Notes: generated by a model not told the origin, from the sequence alone. Shown: positions 30,255 through 44,402, counted from the stretch's first letter. The stretch is 64,000 bases of DNA from Brevundimonas sp. UBA5866 (GCF_002432125.1 NZ_DJFS01000018.1:8137-72136); one strand, 5' to 3'. Numbers and translations: made by a program.

Positions 30255-31754
30255 TCATGTGCGGATCCAATCGGTATCGCAGGCAGGGGAAGGACAGGGG
30301 CGGGCGGCAAGCGCGTCAGGACGAATGGACCGGAGGCGGGACAGACGGCGGGCATCGCGCCATCTCCAGCTGCGCCAGTCGGCCTGGCGTTGCGTCAGGC
30401 TGAAGATCCGGTCATCGAGCATGGGCCGCACGGTGGCTTTGAAGGCGGGGTCGCCCGTGCGCTGTTCCATGCGGGCCAGTGAGAGAACCGAGGCACCGCC
30501 CAGCGTCATCAGATAGGGCAGGTCGAGAGGCTGGCCGTGGCCACCGGCTTCTCTGGCATGGGTGGTGTTCCATGCGGCCACGATGGGGCCGAGATCGATG
30601 GTGGCGGCCGTGAAAAGCACGATGGCACAGGCAGCCACATTGGTATTGATAAGCCAGCTGCCGGAGCGGTTTTTCAGCAGTCGCCAGCAGATCAGGCACA
30701 GGCCCACCGCCACCAGCACCATCCAGATCATGGCCGACAGGCGCAGACGTGTGAGCGAATAGACGTCGATGTATTCGGCTGTGCGCAGCAGGCTGGACGC
30801 GACCAGCAAAAGGTTCTGGCCGACCCACAGCACCACCAGCCGCCGGATCCACGGATTGTTGGCGGTCGTCGAGCCGGGGTGCAGAAAGACCAGAACGAAC
30901 AGACCGGCCAGCAAGGCGGTGAAGATCAGCGGATAGGCGCCGCGATGCGCATATTCCGCCAGTGTGATCTCCGCAGGCAGGCTGGCTCCGCTCCACAGGA
31001 AGGCCAGGTCCAGTCCGTTCTGCACAGCAAAGATCAGATTGAACACGACCAGCGAGGCCATGACCGAGGCTGCCGGAATGAAGGAGGTGTCACTGGAACG
31101 GTGCGGCAGGGCTATCAGCTTGCGACGCCAGCGGGGGCGAAACACGCCATAGGTCCCGATCAGCACAATGCCCCAGAATATCACCCGGGCGATCTGGTTC
31201 TCGCCCGGTCGGGGCACGCTCAGACGGCTGATGAAGTCGGCCAGAAGCGGATTGGCCATTGAAAACAGGCCGATAAAAACGACAGCACCGATAACGGGCA
31301 CGACAAGAAAATGCAGGACCCTGGCCGGTGCCACGCCCGCGCCTTTGCGGGTTTTGGCTCTCGACAGGGTGCGCAGATCAAGCGCCGGAGCGATGAAGGC
31401 ACCCAGTACATTCACGATAAGGCGCTGCGCCCAGCGCCACGCATCTTCATGCGGTCTGACACGTGCGGACTGCATGGCCACCATCAAGGCGATACCGAAC
31501 AATATCCATGCCAGAAGGCTGGGCCGGTCAATCATGACCGCTGACATCGCCAGCGCGGCGAGTGCGGCCCACTGTCCGCGTCGATCACCGCGCCATCCCT
31601 TGCGCACGCTTGCGGCCAGCACCAGCCACAGCAGACAGAAGACACCCAGCACCGATCCGGGAATGGTGTCGAAGACCAGAATATCCGCCGTGACCACGAG
31701 AAGCACGGCGGCAGAAATCTTGAACCAGAAACCGGATTGAATGGCAGTGATCAC
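30255..31754 (-). CDS. polytopic membrane protein (DUF4153/DUF4173-like) upstream of the two-component system
   Basis: About 12 predicted hydrophobic helices followed by a soluble C-terminal region. The family name is from memory only. Confidence 0.55.
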   Translation of the reverse strand: MITAIQSGFWFKISAAVLLVVTADILVFDTIPGSVLGVFCLLWLVLAASVRKGWRGDRRGQWAALAALAMSAVMIDRPSLLAWILFGIALMVAMQSARVRPHEDAWRWAQRLIVNVLGAFIAPALDLRTLSRAKTRKGAGVAPARVLHFLVVPVIGAVVFIGLFSMANPLLADFISRLSVPRPGENQIARVIFWGIVLIGTYGVFRPRWRRKLIALPHRSSDTSFIPAASVMASLVVFNLIFAVQNGLDLAFLWSGASLPAEITLAEYAHRGAYPLIFTALLAGLFVLVFLHPGSTTANNPWIRRLVVLWVGQNLLLVASSLLRTAEYIDVYSLTRLRLSAMIWMVLVAVGLCLICWRLLKNRSGSWLINTNVAACAIVLFTAATIDLGPIVAAWNTTHAREAGGHGQPLDLPYLMTLGGASVLSLARMEQRTGDPAFKATVRPMLDDRIFSLTQRQADWRSWRWRDARRLSRLRSIRPDALAARPCPSPACDTDWIRT

Positions 31755-32210
31755 GAAGCACCTCGGTCGTTGTCGAGATGGCTTATCGACCGCTGCCGTC
31801 GAGGCGTTATGGCGGGCGCGTCAAACTGCTGCGCAGGGATTGTGCAGAACCGGTGCAGATGCCGGTGCGTTGTTTGAAAGCATCCGCAGAACAGCGAGCG
31901 GGCGTTAGGCCCGTGCATCAGGCCGTCCTCACTGCCCACTCCATCCGTTAGGTCCGATTCCGGACTTATGGTGAAGTTGATTAACCGGGGCCGATCGGGC
32001 ACACCCGCATCCATATTGCCGGTGCGGTCAGATCCTTCTCAAGCGAAACAGCTTTGAAATCAGCACTATAAGGGACGAATGTGTTCCGGTTAAAAAGCTT
32101 CGGCAAATCCTTGATCTAGCATCGCGTCATTAACCGTAAGGCTTATTTTCAAACGGGGCCGTAAAGGCGGGAACGGTTCAGCTTTGCAAAGATTTACACG
32201 AGGCAACAAC

Positions 32211-32239
32211 TGTCATGTTTCGACACTGAAGACATGACA
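32211..32239. promoter_or_regulatory. inverted repeat TGTCATGT-N13-ACATGACA immediately upstream of the Crp/Fnr-like gene
   Basis: Read directly at 32211-32218 / 32232-32239, 24 bp upstream of the ATG at 32263. Candidate autoregulatory operator or 5' UTR hairpin. Confidence 0.3.
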
Positions 32240-32262
32240 TTCGTATTCCGGGGAGCGAATGA

Positions 32263-33033
32263 ATGGGGTCTGCGTCCAATAATTATTTGGTCAGTTCAAA
32301 GTCACTGTCTGTAGCGCCGTCGCCGTTATGGCATCCCGTCGTTGGATTGTTGCCTGAACAGGCCAAGGCCTTCTGTTTGAACCACGGGCGGTTTCTATCC
32401 CTTCAGCCGAATGAGTCGCCGCCGGACGGTGTGGTGTTCTTTTCGACCTTCGGGGCGTTGGGGGTGTTCGTGGATGACGGACCTATCTGCGTGGATACGG
32501 TCCTTCCCGGAGGCGTATGGGGATGGGGGCACACCATCGGCCGCAATCCCTTCAGGGCCAGTGCGCTGACACTGTGCGAGGGTTTCCATGTTCCGGCGGC
32601 CGAGCTGAGACGCAATCTGGATGAACTGTGGCTTACGCGATTGCTGAACGCCAACGAGACGCTGCGGGCCAAGCGTCTGGCATCCGAAGCGGCCTGCAAT
32701 GCCATGCACACCTGTCTGCAGCGCGTGGCCAAATGGATACTGCGACTGTGGCGCAGCGGCAGCGCCGACAATCTGAAAATCACCCAGAGCTTCATGGCCG
32801 AGATTACCGGCTTCCAGAGAACCAGCGTCAATGCGGCCTGCGGGGCCTTGCAGGACCGTGGGGTGGTGCGTGTTCAAAGAGGCCGTGTGACGGTGGTCAA
32901 CGAGGCCCTTCTGAGCCGGATCGCGTGCGGCTGCGACGCGATGAATTCGGCGAACCATCACGCCAATCACTCGCACAGGGTTGCCGCCAACAGCGCCGTG
33001 GCGACCCTGACCGAAAGATGCGCTAACGGATAG
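32263..33033 (+). CDS. Crp/Fnr-family transcriptional regulator (divergent)
   Basis: A cNMP-binding-like beta-roll region followed by a C-terminal HTH (ITQSFMAEITGFQRTSVNAACGALQDRGVVRVQRGRVTVVN). It follows a 500-bp lower-GC intergenic region. Confidence 0.65.
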   Translation: MGSASNNYLVSSKSLSVAPSPLWHPVVGLLPEQAKAFCLNHGRFLSLQPNESPPDGVVFFSTFGALGVFVDDGPICVDTVLPGGVWGWGHTIGRNPFRASALTLCEGFHVPAAELRRNLDELWLTRLLNANETLRAKRLASEAACNAMHTCLQRVAKWILRLWRSGSADNLKITQSFMAEITGFQRTSVNAACGALQDRGVVRVQRGRVTVVNEALLSRIACGCDAMNSANHHANHSHRVAANSAVATLTERCANG

Positions 33034-33078
33034 GATCAGCTTGGGGGTGCGGCGGTGAGGACCTTCGCACCCTTGATT

Positions 33079-34224
33079 TTATTCCGCGACGACACGAGGA
33101 AGGGTGACGACGAAACGGCTGCCCTGTCCTTCGCCTTCGCTTTCCACCTGCACCTGGCCGTTGTGGATATCCACCAGCTGTCTGACCAGCGCCAGGCCGA
33201 CCCCCAGACCATCGCGGGAGCGTTCATCCGGACCGCTCGACTGTGCGAACAGGTCGAAGATTTTTTCGCGTACTTTTTCGGGAATGCCGATGCCGTTGTC
33301 CTCGACGGCAATGCGGATCGTGCTGTCTTGGACGGTGCTGACCAGCCGGATCTGGCCCCCGGTCGGAGTATACTTGGCCGCATTGTTCAGCAGGTTGCTG
33401 ATGATCTGCGACAGGCGGGTGAAGTCGCCATGCAGCCATACCGGTTCATCCGGCGTGGAGACGCTCAGGGTGTGATTGCCCGCGTCGATCTTGGAACGGC
33501 TTATATCGACTGCTGAGGAAAGGACGCTTTGAAGGGTCAGCTTCTCGCGCTTCAGCGAGATCTTGCCCTGATCGATGCGGGCAACATCCAGAAGGTCCTC
33601 GACCAGACGTGTCAGGTGCTGGGCCTGGACTTTCATCCGTTTCTGGATGTCCTGCTGCCTTTCGGGGTCGTTGTAGCGTTCCAGCAAAGTGAACCCTGCC
33701 GTCAGCGCCATGATCGGATTGCGCAGTTCGTGGCCAAGTACGGCTATGAACTCGTTCTTGCGCTGATTGGTTTTGCGAAGGACGCTGGCATAGTTTTCAA
33801 GCTCGTCGCGCTGGGCGATGATTTCGCGGCGCTGGCGATACAGCTCGATGAAAACATTGACCTTGCTGCGTAAAATGTCGGCTTCGATCGGCTTCTGGAT
33901 GAAGTCCACGGCACCGGCTTCATAGCCGCGGAAGCGGCGCTGGATGTCGGCGCTGCCGGCTGTGACGAAGATGATGGGAATGGCGCGTACATTGATGTTG
34001 CCGCGCATATATTCGGCCAGCTGGAAGCCATCCATGCCGGGCATCTGTACGTCGAGCAGCGCCAGGGCCACATCATGGACCAGCAGGAGTTCCAGCGCCT
34101 CCTCGCCAGAGCGTGCCTTCAGGCAAACCACATCCTCGTTCGCAAGCAAGGCTTCCAGAGCGAGCAGATTTTCGTCCAGGTCGTCGACGAGAAGGATGTT
34201 GATCGGCTGTTCGGAAATGCTCAT
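33079..34224 (-). CDS. response-receiver / histidine-kinase fusion (REC-HisKA-HATPase)
   Basis: REC: ILLVDDLDENLL...LLDVQMPGMDG. H-box VLGHELRNPI. HATPase: EDNGIGIP, GLGVGLALV. Its ATG at 34224 overlaps the cheB stop (ATGA). Confidence 0.85.
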   Translation of the reverse strand: MSISEQPINILLVDDLDENLLALEALLANEDVVCLKARSGEEALELLLVHDVALALLDVQMPGMDGFQLAEYMRGNINVRAIPIIFVTAGSADIQRRFRGYEAGAVDFIQKPIEADILRSKVNVFIELYRQRREIIAQRDELENYASVLRKTNQRKNEFIAVLGHELRNPIMALTAGFTLLERYNDPERQQDIQKRMKVQAQHLTRLVEDLLDVARIDQGKISLKREKLTLQSVLSSAVDISRSKIDAGNHTLSVSTPDEPVWLHGDFTRLSQIISNLLNNAAKYTPTGGQIRLVSTVQDSTIRIAVEDNGIGIPEKVREKIFDLFAQSSGPDERSRDGLGVGLALVRQLVDIHNGQVQVESEGEGQGSRFVVTLPRVVAE

Positions 34225-34790
34225 GCGCGTACAATCGCTTCTAGATATTCGGCAATGCCCGGCAGAGGGATGACGGTGGCCGTGGGGCAAAGGGCGATAC
34301 CGGCCTCGGGCATGGTGCGTGCGTAGGCTGTATCGGGACATTCGATCAGGACAGTGCCTCCGGCGGCGGCAACCGCGGCCACGCCTTGTGCGCCATCCTG
34401 ATTGGCTCCGGTCAGGAGTACGGCCACAAGCCCCGCTCCATAGGTGTCGGCCGCGCTTTCAAACAGGACGTCGATAGACGGACGCGAGAAATTCACCAGC
34501 TCGTCCGAGGACAGCGACAGATCGCCATTCAACTCGACCAGCAGATGGTAGTCGGACGGTGCGAAGTAGACGACGCCGGGACGGGCGGCTTCCTTGTCCT
34601 CGGCCTCTTTGACCGCGATGTCGCAACGTGAATCCAGCAGGGGGGCCAGAAGGTTGCTGCGGTCGGCCGGAACGTGCAGCACGACAAATACCGGAACCGG
34701 AAACGTCTGTGGCAGGCGCGGCAGTAGCTCCAGCAAAGCCTGGACCCCGCCGGCGGAGGCCCCGATGGCTATGGCCGAAACGCCGCTCAC
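34221..34790 (-). CDS. cheB: CheB-type protein-glutamate methylesterase, catalytic domain only (no receiver)
   Basis: 189 aa with the Ser-His-Asp elements GASAGG, VVLHVP and TGANQDG. The gene overlaps cheR by 4 nt. Confidence 0.85.
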   Translation of the reverse strand: MSGVSAIAIGASAGGVQALLELLPRLPQTFPVPVFVVLHVPADRSNLLAPLLDSRCDIAVKEAEDKEAARPGVVYFAPSDYHLLVELNGDLSLSSDELVNFSRPSIDVLFESAADTYGAGLVAVLLTGANQDGAQGVAAVAAAGGTVLIECPDTAYARTMPEAGIALCPTATVIPLPGIAEYLEAIVRA

Positions 34791-35643
34791 CGTTCATTCC
34801 TCCGATAGATTTTCTCGGCGGGGCAGAACTCGTTGAAGGCCTCCACATGGCGTGAGAAACGCAGGGTCTCCTTGGAGCCGATACCCAGAAAGGCATTATG
34901 GCTGAGGGAATCCTTGAACAGGCCTACGGCGCGGTCCTGCAGTGTGCGATCGAAATAGATCATCACATTGCGGCATGAGATCAGCTGCATCTCGCCGAAA
35001 ACGGCATCCGAGACGAGGCTGTGGTCGGAAAAGACCACATTGGCGCGCAGGGCGCTGTCGAACACTGCCCGTCCATAGTCGGCAGTGTAATAGTCTGACA
35101 GAGACGAACGGCCGCCTGACTTCTGGTGGTTCTCGGTAAATTTGCGGATGCGGTCGAGAGGATAGATGCCGGCCTTGGCCGCCGACAGGGCATCGGGGTT
35201 GATGTCCGTTGCATAGAAGAGCGTGCGGTCAAACAGGCCCTCTTCCTTGAAGAGGATGGCCATCGAATACAGCTCTTCACCCGTGCTGCACCCGGCGATC
35301 CACACCTTGAGCGAAGGATAGGTGCGCAGATGCGGAATGACCTGTTCGCGCAGGGCCCGGAAATAGCTCGGGTCACGGAACATCTCGCTGACCTGGACCG
35401 TAAGGAAGTCCAACAGGCGCGTCAGCATGTCGGGATCATGCAGAACGCGTTCCTGTAGTGCCGTAATGGTAGGCAGGCCGAAATGGATGCGCGCCTGCAA
35501 GAGCCGTCGCTTGATCGAGGCGCGGGCATAGCGGCGGAAGTCGTAGTGATAGCGCAGGAAAACGGCCTCCAGCAGCAGCTGGATTTCGATATCCTCAACC
35601 GATGGCTGGGCCAGAGCGGACGCCGGTGTCGTCAGTCGTGCGG

Positions 35644-35659
<16 letters not shown>
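34787..35659 (-). CDS. cheR: CheR-type protein-glutamate O-methyltransferase
   Basis: CheR N-terminal helical domain (DFRRYARASIKRRL) and SAM-binding fold (KVWIAGCSTGEELYSMAI, ATDINP, ISCRNVMIYF). Confidence 0.9.
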
Positions 35660-39084
<3,425 letters not shown>

Positions 39085-39431
39085 TCCAGGCCACCCCGCC
39101 AGGACAGTTCGCGCCCCATTACCGCGATCCGTCAGTGTTTAAGAACTGTGCTGTCAGTGCTGACGGACGGTTCCATCGGCACAGGTCGTACTGCAACGCT
39201 AACCAAGCGCGGCGGTTCCTGTAGATTACTGCGCTATTTGAAAAAATCTTACAATTGCGATGACTTGTTTTTGTGGGGGCAATGACAGGGGGCGATCCCT
39301 TCGCAAAGCATTGCTATTTGTGGCCTGCTCGTGGATCGTGAGGGGCGAGAAACCGTCGCTTTCGGTTCAATCCGGTCCGGAACCCGCTGTCTATTTGCCG
39401 GTGGGGCCGGCCCTGTCAGGGTGTGATATTC

Positions 39432-40604
39432 ATGAGAGAAGCCGTCATCGTTTCCACAGCCCGCACGCCCATTGGCCGTGCCTATCGCGGGGCTTTCAAC
39501 GACACACCGTCGCCGACACTGGCGGGCCATGCCCTGCGTGCGGCAGCCGACAGGGCCGGGCTTGAAGGCGGCGAGATCGAGGATGTGCTTCTGGGCTGTG
39601 CCCTGCCGCAGGGCTACCAGCACACGATTGCCCGCAATGCGGTGCTTGCGGCGGGCCTGCCTGTTTCGGTCGCGGGCATGACGCTGGACCGGCAGTGCGC
39701 CTCGGGCCTGATGGCCGTGGCCACGGCGGCCAAGCAGATCATCACCGACCGCATGCAGATTACGGTCGGTGGCGGTGTGGAATCCATTTCCACCGTCCAG
39801 ACGGTCGAGATGCGCGTCCAAAGCGATCCGACGGTGTTGGAAAAAGCTCCCGATGCCTATATCGCCATGCTCAACACCGCCGAGATCGTTGGCAAACGCT
39901 ATGGGATCAGCCGCGAGGAATGCGACGCCTATGGCCTGATTTCACAGCAGCGCACGACCCAGGCCTATGAAGCCGGTGCCTATGCCGACGAATTGGCACC
40001 CATGCCGTCGCGCATGAAGGTGACGGACAAGGCCACGGGCGAGGTGTCCTACAAGGACGTGACCCTGACACGCGACGAAGGTTTCCGTCCCGACACCACA
40101 CTGGAGGGACTGCAAGCCCTGCGTGAGGTCATTCCGGGCGGGATCGTCACGGCGGGCAATGCCAGCCAGTTGTCAGACGGGGCTTCGGCCTGTGTGCTGA
40201 TGGAGGCGGGCGAGGCTGAGCGCCGTGGACTGCAGCCGATGGGGCGCTATGTCGGCATGGCGGTGGCCGGTGTGGAACCGGATGAAATGGGCATCGGTCC
40301 GGTCAAGGCCGTCCCGCCGCTGCTTGAGCGTTTCGGGCTGAAGGTCGAGGACATCGACCTTTGGGAACTGAACGAGGCCTTTGCCGTGCAGGTCCTTTAC
40401 TGCCAGAAGGTGCTGGGCATTCCGCTGGAGAAGATGAACGTCAACGGCGGTGCGATCTCGATCGGCCATCCCTATGGCATGTCGGGTTCGCGGATGGTCG
40501 GCCATATCCTGATCGAGGGCCGCCGCCGCAAGGCCCGTTATGGTGTGGTGACCATGTGCGTGGGCGGCGGCATGGGGGCCGCCGGACTGTTCGAAATCTA
40601 TTGA
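39432..40604 (+). CDS. acetyl-CoA C-acyltransferase (thiolase)
   Basis: [22 protein letters not shown]. Active-site Cys [10 protein letters not shown]-terminal [15 protein letters not shown] and MCVGGGMG. Confidence 0.95.
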   Translation: MREAVIVSTARTPIGRAYRGAFNDTPSPTLAGHALRAAADRAGLEGGEIEDVLLGCALPQGYQHTIARNAVLAAGLPVSVAGMTLDRQCASGLMAVATAAKQIITDRMQITVGGGVESISTVQTVEMRVQSDPTVLEKAPDAYIAMLNTAEIVGKRYGISREECDAYGLISQQRTTQAYEAGAYADELAPMPSRMKVTDKATGEVSYKDVTLTRDEGFRPDTTLEGLQALREVIPGGIVTAGNASQLSDGASACVLMEAGEAERRGLQPMGRYVGMAVAGVEPDEMGIGPVKAVPPLLERFGLKVEDIDLWELNEAFAVQVLYCQKVLGIPLEKMNVNGGAISIGHPYGMSGSRMVGHILIEGRRRKARYGVVTMCVGGGMGAAGLFEIY

Positions 40605-40617
40605 CGGGGTCTATCGG

Positions 40618-40643
40618 GCGGGTGCGGATAAGGCCGCACCCGC
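40618..40643. terminator. perfect 10-bp-stem hairpin between convergent thiolase and SbcC-like genes
   Basis: GCGGGTGCGG-ataagg-CCGCACCCGC. There is no clear U-tract on either side, so terminator function is only plausible. Confidence 0.45.
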
Positions 40644-40657
40644 GTGGCAGCCTGTCG

Positions 40658-43279
40658 TTAGGGTTCCCACGACTGAAGCTTGAGAACATGGCCCCCGAGC
40701 TTCTGGAAGGCCCGCTGACGGCAGGTCAGGACGATGACCTGCTGGTCCTTGGCCTGACGGTGCAGGGCGTTGAACATGTGTTCGATGCGGTCGTCATCAG
40801 AGTAGACCAGAGCATCGTCCAGAACGACGGGAATGGGGCGGTTGTCGCGGGCCAGCAGGCGGGCGAAGGCCAGCCGTGTCAGGATCGACAACTGCTCGCG
40901 CATGCCGCCGCTCAGTTTGTCCACGGCCTCGTCCTGACCTTTGCGTATCAGGCTTTCGGGCAGCAGGGCCTGGTCGTCGAAGGTGATGGCCACATCCTCG
41001 AACAGCATGGACAGCAAGGGGCGCAGTTCTTCCATCACCGGCGCAAGGTACAGGTCCTTGGCTTCCTGACGGGCGCTTTCCAGGGCGCTTAACAGGCGTT
41101 GGAGGATGGCGATCTCGTGCTCGAACGCGCCCACACCCTGTTCGGCGGCTTCCAGTTCTTCGCGCCGCTCGTTGATTTTTTCCTCGACGGCTTCGTCGGA
41201 ACGGGCCTTGATCAGGGCGTTATGGCTGGCGATCTCGACCTGAAGCTGGTTGCTCTCTTTTTCGGCGGCCGATTTGACCGATTGGGCGCGCTGAAGATTG
41301 GCCTGGGCGAACTCGAAGTCGGTCGCCGAGCTTTCTGCCTCGCGCACCTTGGCTTCTGCCTCTTCCACGCGGGCCTGCTCGGCGAGCAGGGCGGCTTTCA
41401 ATTGCGCCAGCCTTGCCGGATGCTCGTCGGGCGCACCCAGTTGCTCGCCCATCTGCCTGAACCGGCTGTCCAGCGGGCTGTGGCGGGTGGAGATTTCGAC
41501 ATAGCGGTTGGTGGCGCTGTCGAGTGCCAGACTGCTGGTCTTCTGGGCTTCGATACAGGTGTGGCGGTGTGTTTTGGCGGCTTGGAACGCCGCCTCCAGG
41601 ACGTCGCATTCAGGCAGGTCTTCGGGCACGTCCCTCGCAGCCAGTTCGCAAGCGGACACCTCCTGTTGCAGGGCTTCGATACCGTCAGGAGCCAGCGCGC
41701 CCAGACGCGCCGTCTCGGTTTCGATGCGGCCCATGATGTCTCTGGCCTGATCCTGTCGCAGACGCGCCGCGGCCAGACTTTCGACGCCCAGCGCAGTCAG
41801 CAGCTGGCGATGCTTTTCTTCGCAGGCGGCCAGTTCGGCGGCATCGTCCACACTGTTCGAGCGCAGTTGGATGGTGCCGATGCCCGGAGCGGTCAGGGCG
41901 GTGCGACCGGAATAGTGGCGCTCCTGCGAGGGTTCGAGCGCGACGCCGTCCATCAGGATCCGGTGGCTGGCTCCGCTGTCGTATTCGACGATGACGGACG
42001 GCCGGGCGTTGTCGCGGATGGTCCGCAGTTTGAGCAGGGTGTTCTCCAACTCCTGCAACTCGGCCAGCGCGCTGTCGGGAACGGTCTTGGCCGACAGGTC
42101 GGCCCTCAGCGATTCAATCGCAGTGCGTGAGGACAGGGCTTTGTCGAGACTGTCCTTCAGGGTCTGCAGACGTTTGGCGGCCTCGGTCGCGCGTTGGAAA
42201 AGGTCGTGTTTCTCCAGAGCGGACCGCGCGTCGGCTTCGGCCTTTTCGGCGGCGCTTGCGGCTTCGCGGGCGCGATGCTCAGCGTCCTTGGCCTCTTCAC
42301 GATGGCGGGTCGCTTCGACGAGAAGCGGTTCCAGCGTCTTCAGCTCTTGCGTGACGGTGGCATAGGCTTCCAGTGCGCTCTGGAACTGATCCAGTTCGCG
42401 CTGTGCCGCGTCACGATTGGTCAGTGCCAGCTTCAGCTCGGCCTTCAGGCGTTCCAGAACCTCATGCCGCGATTTGGCGGCTTCGAATTGGCTTTGGGCC
42501 GTGGCCAGTGCCGCGTCACGCGCTGCAACCTCTTCAGGGCTGTTGAGCTCCTTGAGGCGACGGTTCTGGCTGGCTCTTTGATCGAGAGCGACGCGCAGGG
42601 CGTCCACATCCGCGCCCAGCTTTTCGATTTCGGACCGAAGCCGGTCACGCTTATCGAGTGCGGCATGATACCGGCCGCCGACCTTCGGGCGTCCCGTGGC
42701 CGTGACCAGTTCTTTCAGAGCGGCCTCGGTCGCGGACTGGATTTCGGCCATACGCCGCCCGCCGGTGATGGCTTCGACCTCGCCCTGTACGGAATGGAGC
42801 AGGTCGGTGCGGGCCGTGGTTTCGTTCTCGTCCTCGGCCTTCGTGCGGCGTTCCCAGCCGGTGACGCCCTGTTTGACCCAAAGTAGCGCGGCAGGTCCGC
42901 TGGTGGCGTCACCCAGCAGTTCACCGATGAAGCCCTCGGCCTCGTCCGCCTGTGCGATCAGGCGGCCGCTGTCCAGATCGACCACCTGGGCCACCGCCTT
43001 GCCGAGGAACTGTTTGGTGATGCGATAGCGCCCCTTGGCCGTGGTGATGTCGGCTTCCACACGGGGGGAGCCGCCGCTGTAGGGACGAAGCGACATCACA
43101 TCCGCCGAACGGCTGGAATGTTTGGCGAAGAACAGGGCGGTCAGGGCCTCGAAACTGGTCGATTTGCCGAACTCGTTCGGTGCGGCCAGGACGTTTACGC
43201 CATCGCTCAGTCCTTCGATGGAGACGCCATGTCCGTCAAAGCGTTTGACGTTGAAAAGGCGCAGGGCATCGAGCCTCAT
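40658..43279 (-). CDS. Rad50/SbcC-like coiled-coil ABC ATPase without a zinc hook (873 aa), third gene of the operon
   Basis: N-terminal Walker A APNEFGKST (aa 33-41) and about 600 aa of Ala/Glu/Leu/Arg-rich coiled coil. C-terminal signature KLSGGMREQL and Walker B/D-loop PVVLDDALVYSDD. Its ATG overlaps the upstream stop (ATGA). Confidence 0.8.
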   Translation of the reverse strand: MRLDALRLFNVKRFDGHGVSIEGLSDGVNVLAAPNEFGKSTSFEALTALFFAKHSSRSADVMSLRPYSGGSPRVEADITTAKGRYRITKQFLGKAVAQVVDLDSGRLIAQADEAEGFIGELLGDATSGPAALLWVKQGVTGWERRTKAEDENETTARTDLLHSVQGEVEAITGGRRMAEIQSATEAALKELVTATGRPKVGGRYHAALDKRDRLRSEIEKLGADVDALRVALDQRASQNRRLKELNSPEEVAARDAALATAQSQFEAAKSRHEVLERLKAELKLALTNRDAAQRELDQFQSALEAYATVTQELKTLEPLLVEATRHREEAKDAEHRAREAASAAEKAEADARSALEKHDLFQRATEAAKRLQTLKDSLDKALSSRTAIESLRADLSAKTVPDSALAELQELENTLLKLRTIRDNARPSVIVEYDSGASHRILMDGVALEPSQERHYSGRTALTAPGIGTIQLRSNSVDDAAELAACEEKHRQLLTALGVESLAAARLRQDQARDIMGRIETETARLGALAPDGIEALQQEVSACELAARDVPEDLPECDVLEAAFQAAKTHRHTCIEAQKTSSLALDSATNRYVEISTRHSPLDSRFRQMGEQLGAPDEHPARLAQLKAALLAEQARVEEAEAKVREAESSATDFEFAQANLQRAQSVKSAAEKESNQLQVEIASHNALIKARSDEAVEEKINERREELEAAEQGVGAFEHEIAILQRLLSALESARQEAKDLYLAPVMEELRPLLSMLFEDVAITFDDQALLPESLIRKGQDEAVDKLSGGMREQLSILTRLAFARLLARDNRPIPVVLDDALVYSDDDRIEHMFNALHRQAKDQQVIVLTCRQRAFQKLGGHVLKLQSWEP

Positions 43280-44400
43280 TTCGATGTCTCCTGAAGGTGG
43301 CGGTACAGCCGCGACAAAGCCGATCCCGCGACAGAGCGGTCCTGTGCGGACAGGGCCGCATTGTTCACATCGGCCATCAGGGCGTTGGCCGCCTCGCGCA
43401 GGGCGCCGGACAGCTCGATACTGTCCAGATCGGATGGATCATATTCGATCTCAAGGTCGTCCAGTGACAGGTCGAACCATGCGAAGTCGTGACGCGTCTG
43501 CTCGGCGCGGTCCAGCAGGGCCGAGTGTTCGGCCACGCGTGTGTGGCCGCTGGCCCTGACCTTCCACAGGCTGTGACGTCGCTGTCCCATCTCCGGCAGG
43601 ATGGCGTCCAATGCCGCCGGGGCCGAACTGGCCGTCATCAGGTGTAGGTCATGGCTGCGCCAGTCAAACGTGCCGGTGGGCACTGCCTTCATTTCCGGCT
43701 TTGCCCCGCGCGCGGCGATGGAGACGACAAAGGCCTCGCCCGGGCGATTGTGCTTGAAGCGATCCGGCTCCGGCGTGCCGCTGTAGTAGGTGCGATCGTC
43801 CACCTGCATGGCACCGTGCCAGTCGCCCAGCGCCAGATAATCCAGCCCCGACTGGCGCGCGCGATCCGGCGCGATGACGTCGTGGGTCGAGGCGTCTTCG
43901 GTAAAGTTCTGGATGGCCCCGTGGGCTAGTCCGATCCGCAGGGCGGTATCGTCCAGACCGCTTTCGCCCATCCATTCGGTCAGGTCACGGCCCGGACGCC
44001 TGAAGGTACAGGGCGCGGGCAGCACATAGGCGTTCGGCCCCACCGAAATCGGTGACGGCTCGACCGCCAGAATGACGTTGGGGGGCGCATCACCCGCCAT
44101 GCGCTGCCAAAGCTCGCTGGCCTGAAGCGAGTCATGGTTGCCCGGCAGTATGATCCAGTGGATGTCCTCGTGCTGGGCCATCTCCGTCATCGCCTGACGT
44201 CGGACATCGGGCGCGGGTGTCTCGCTGTCGAAGGTGTCGCCGGCCAGCAGGACCGTCGGGGCGTTCTGCTCACGTGCATGGCGCGCCAGCTTGCCCAGCA
44301 CCGCATGGCGTGCCTCGCGCAGACGGCCCGGCAGATCGCCTTCGAAATTGCCGAACCGCTTGCCGAGGTGAAGGTCGCTTGAGTGGATAAACCTGAACAT
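43276..44400 (-). CDS. Mre11/SbcD-like calcineurin-fold metallophosphoesterase (374 aa), second gene of the operon
   Basis: Phosphoesterase motifs in order: SSDLHLG, LLAGDTFD, LPGNHD, GLAHG, LGDWHG. Its start is 2 nt after the helicase-nuclease stop. Confidence 0.8.
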   Translation of the reverse strand: MFRFIHSSDLHLGKRFGNFEGDLPGRLREARHAVLGKLARHAREQNAPTVLLAGDTFDSETPAPDVRRQAMTEMAQHEDIHWIILPGNHDSLQASELWQRMAGDAPPNVILAVEPSPISVGPNAYVLPAPCTFRRPGRDLTEWMGESGLDDTALRIGLAHGAIQNFTEDASTHDVIAPDRARQSGLDYLALGDWHGAMQVDDRTYYSGTPEPDRFKHNRPGEAFVVSIAARGAKPEMKAVPTGTFDWRSHDLHLMTASSAPAALDAILPEMGQRRHSLWKVRASGHTRVAEHSALLDRAEQTRHDFAWFDLSLDDLEIEYDPSDLDSIELSGALREAANALMADVNNAALSAQDRSVAGSALSRLYRHLQETSK

Positions 44401-44402
44401 GG

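Noticed and set aside
31751-32014. 87-aa minus-strand ORF in the long intergenic region
   Set aside because: It has no SD, an odd composition and no family resemblance. It overlaps the promoter region of the membrane-protein operon.
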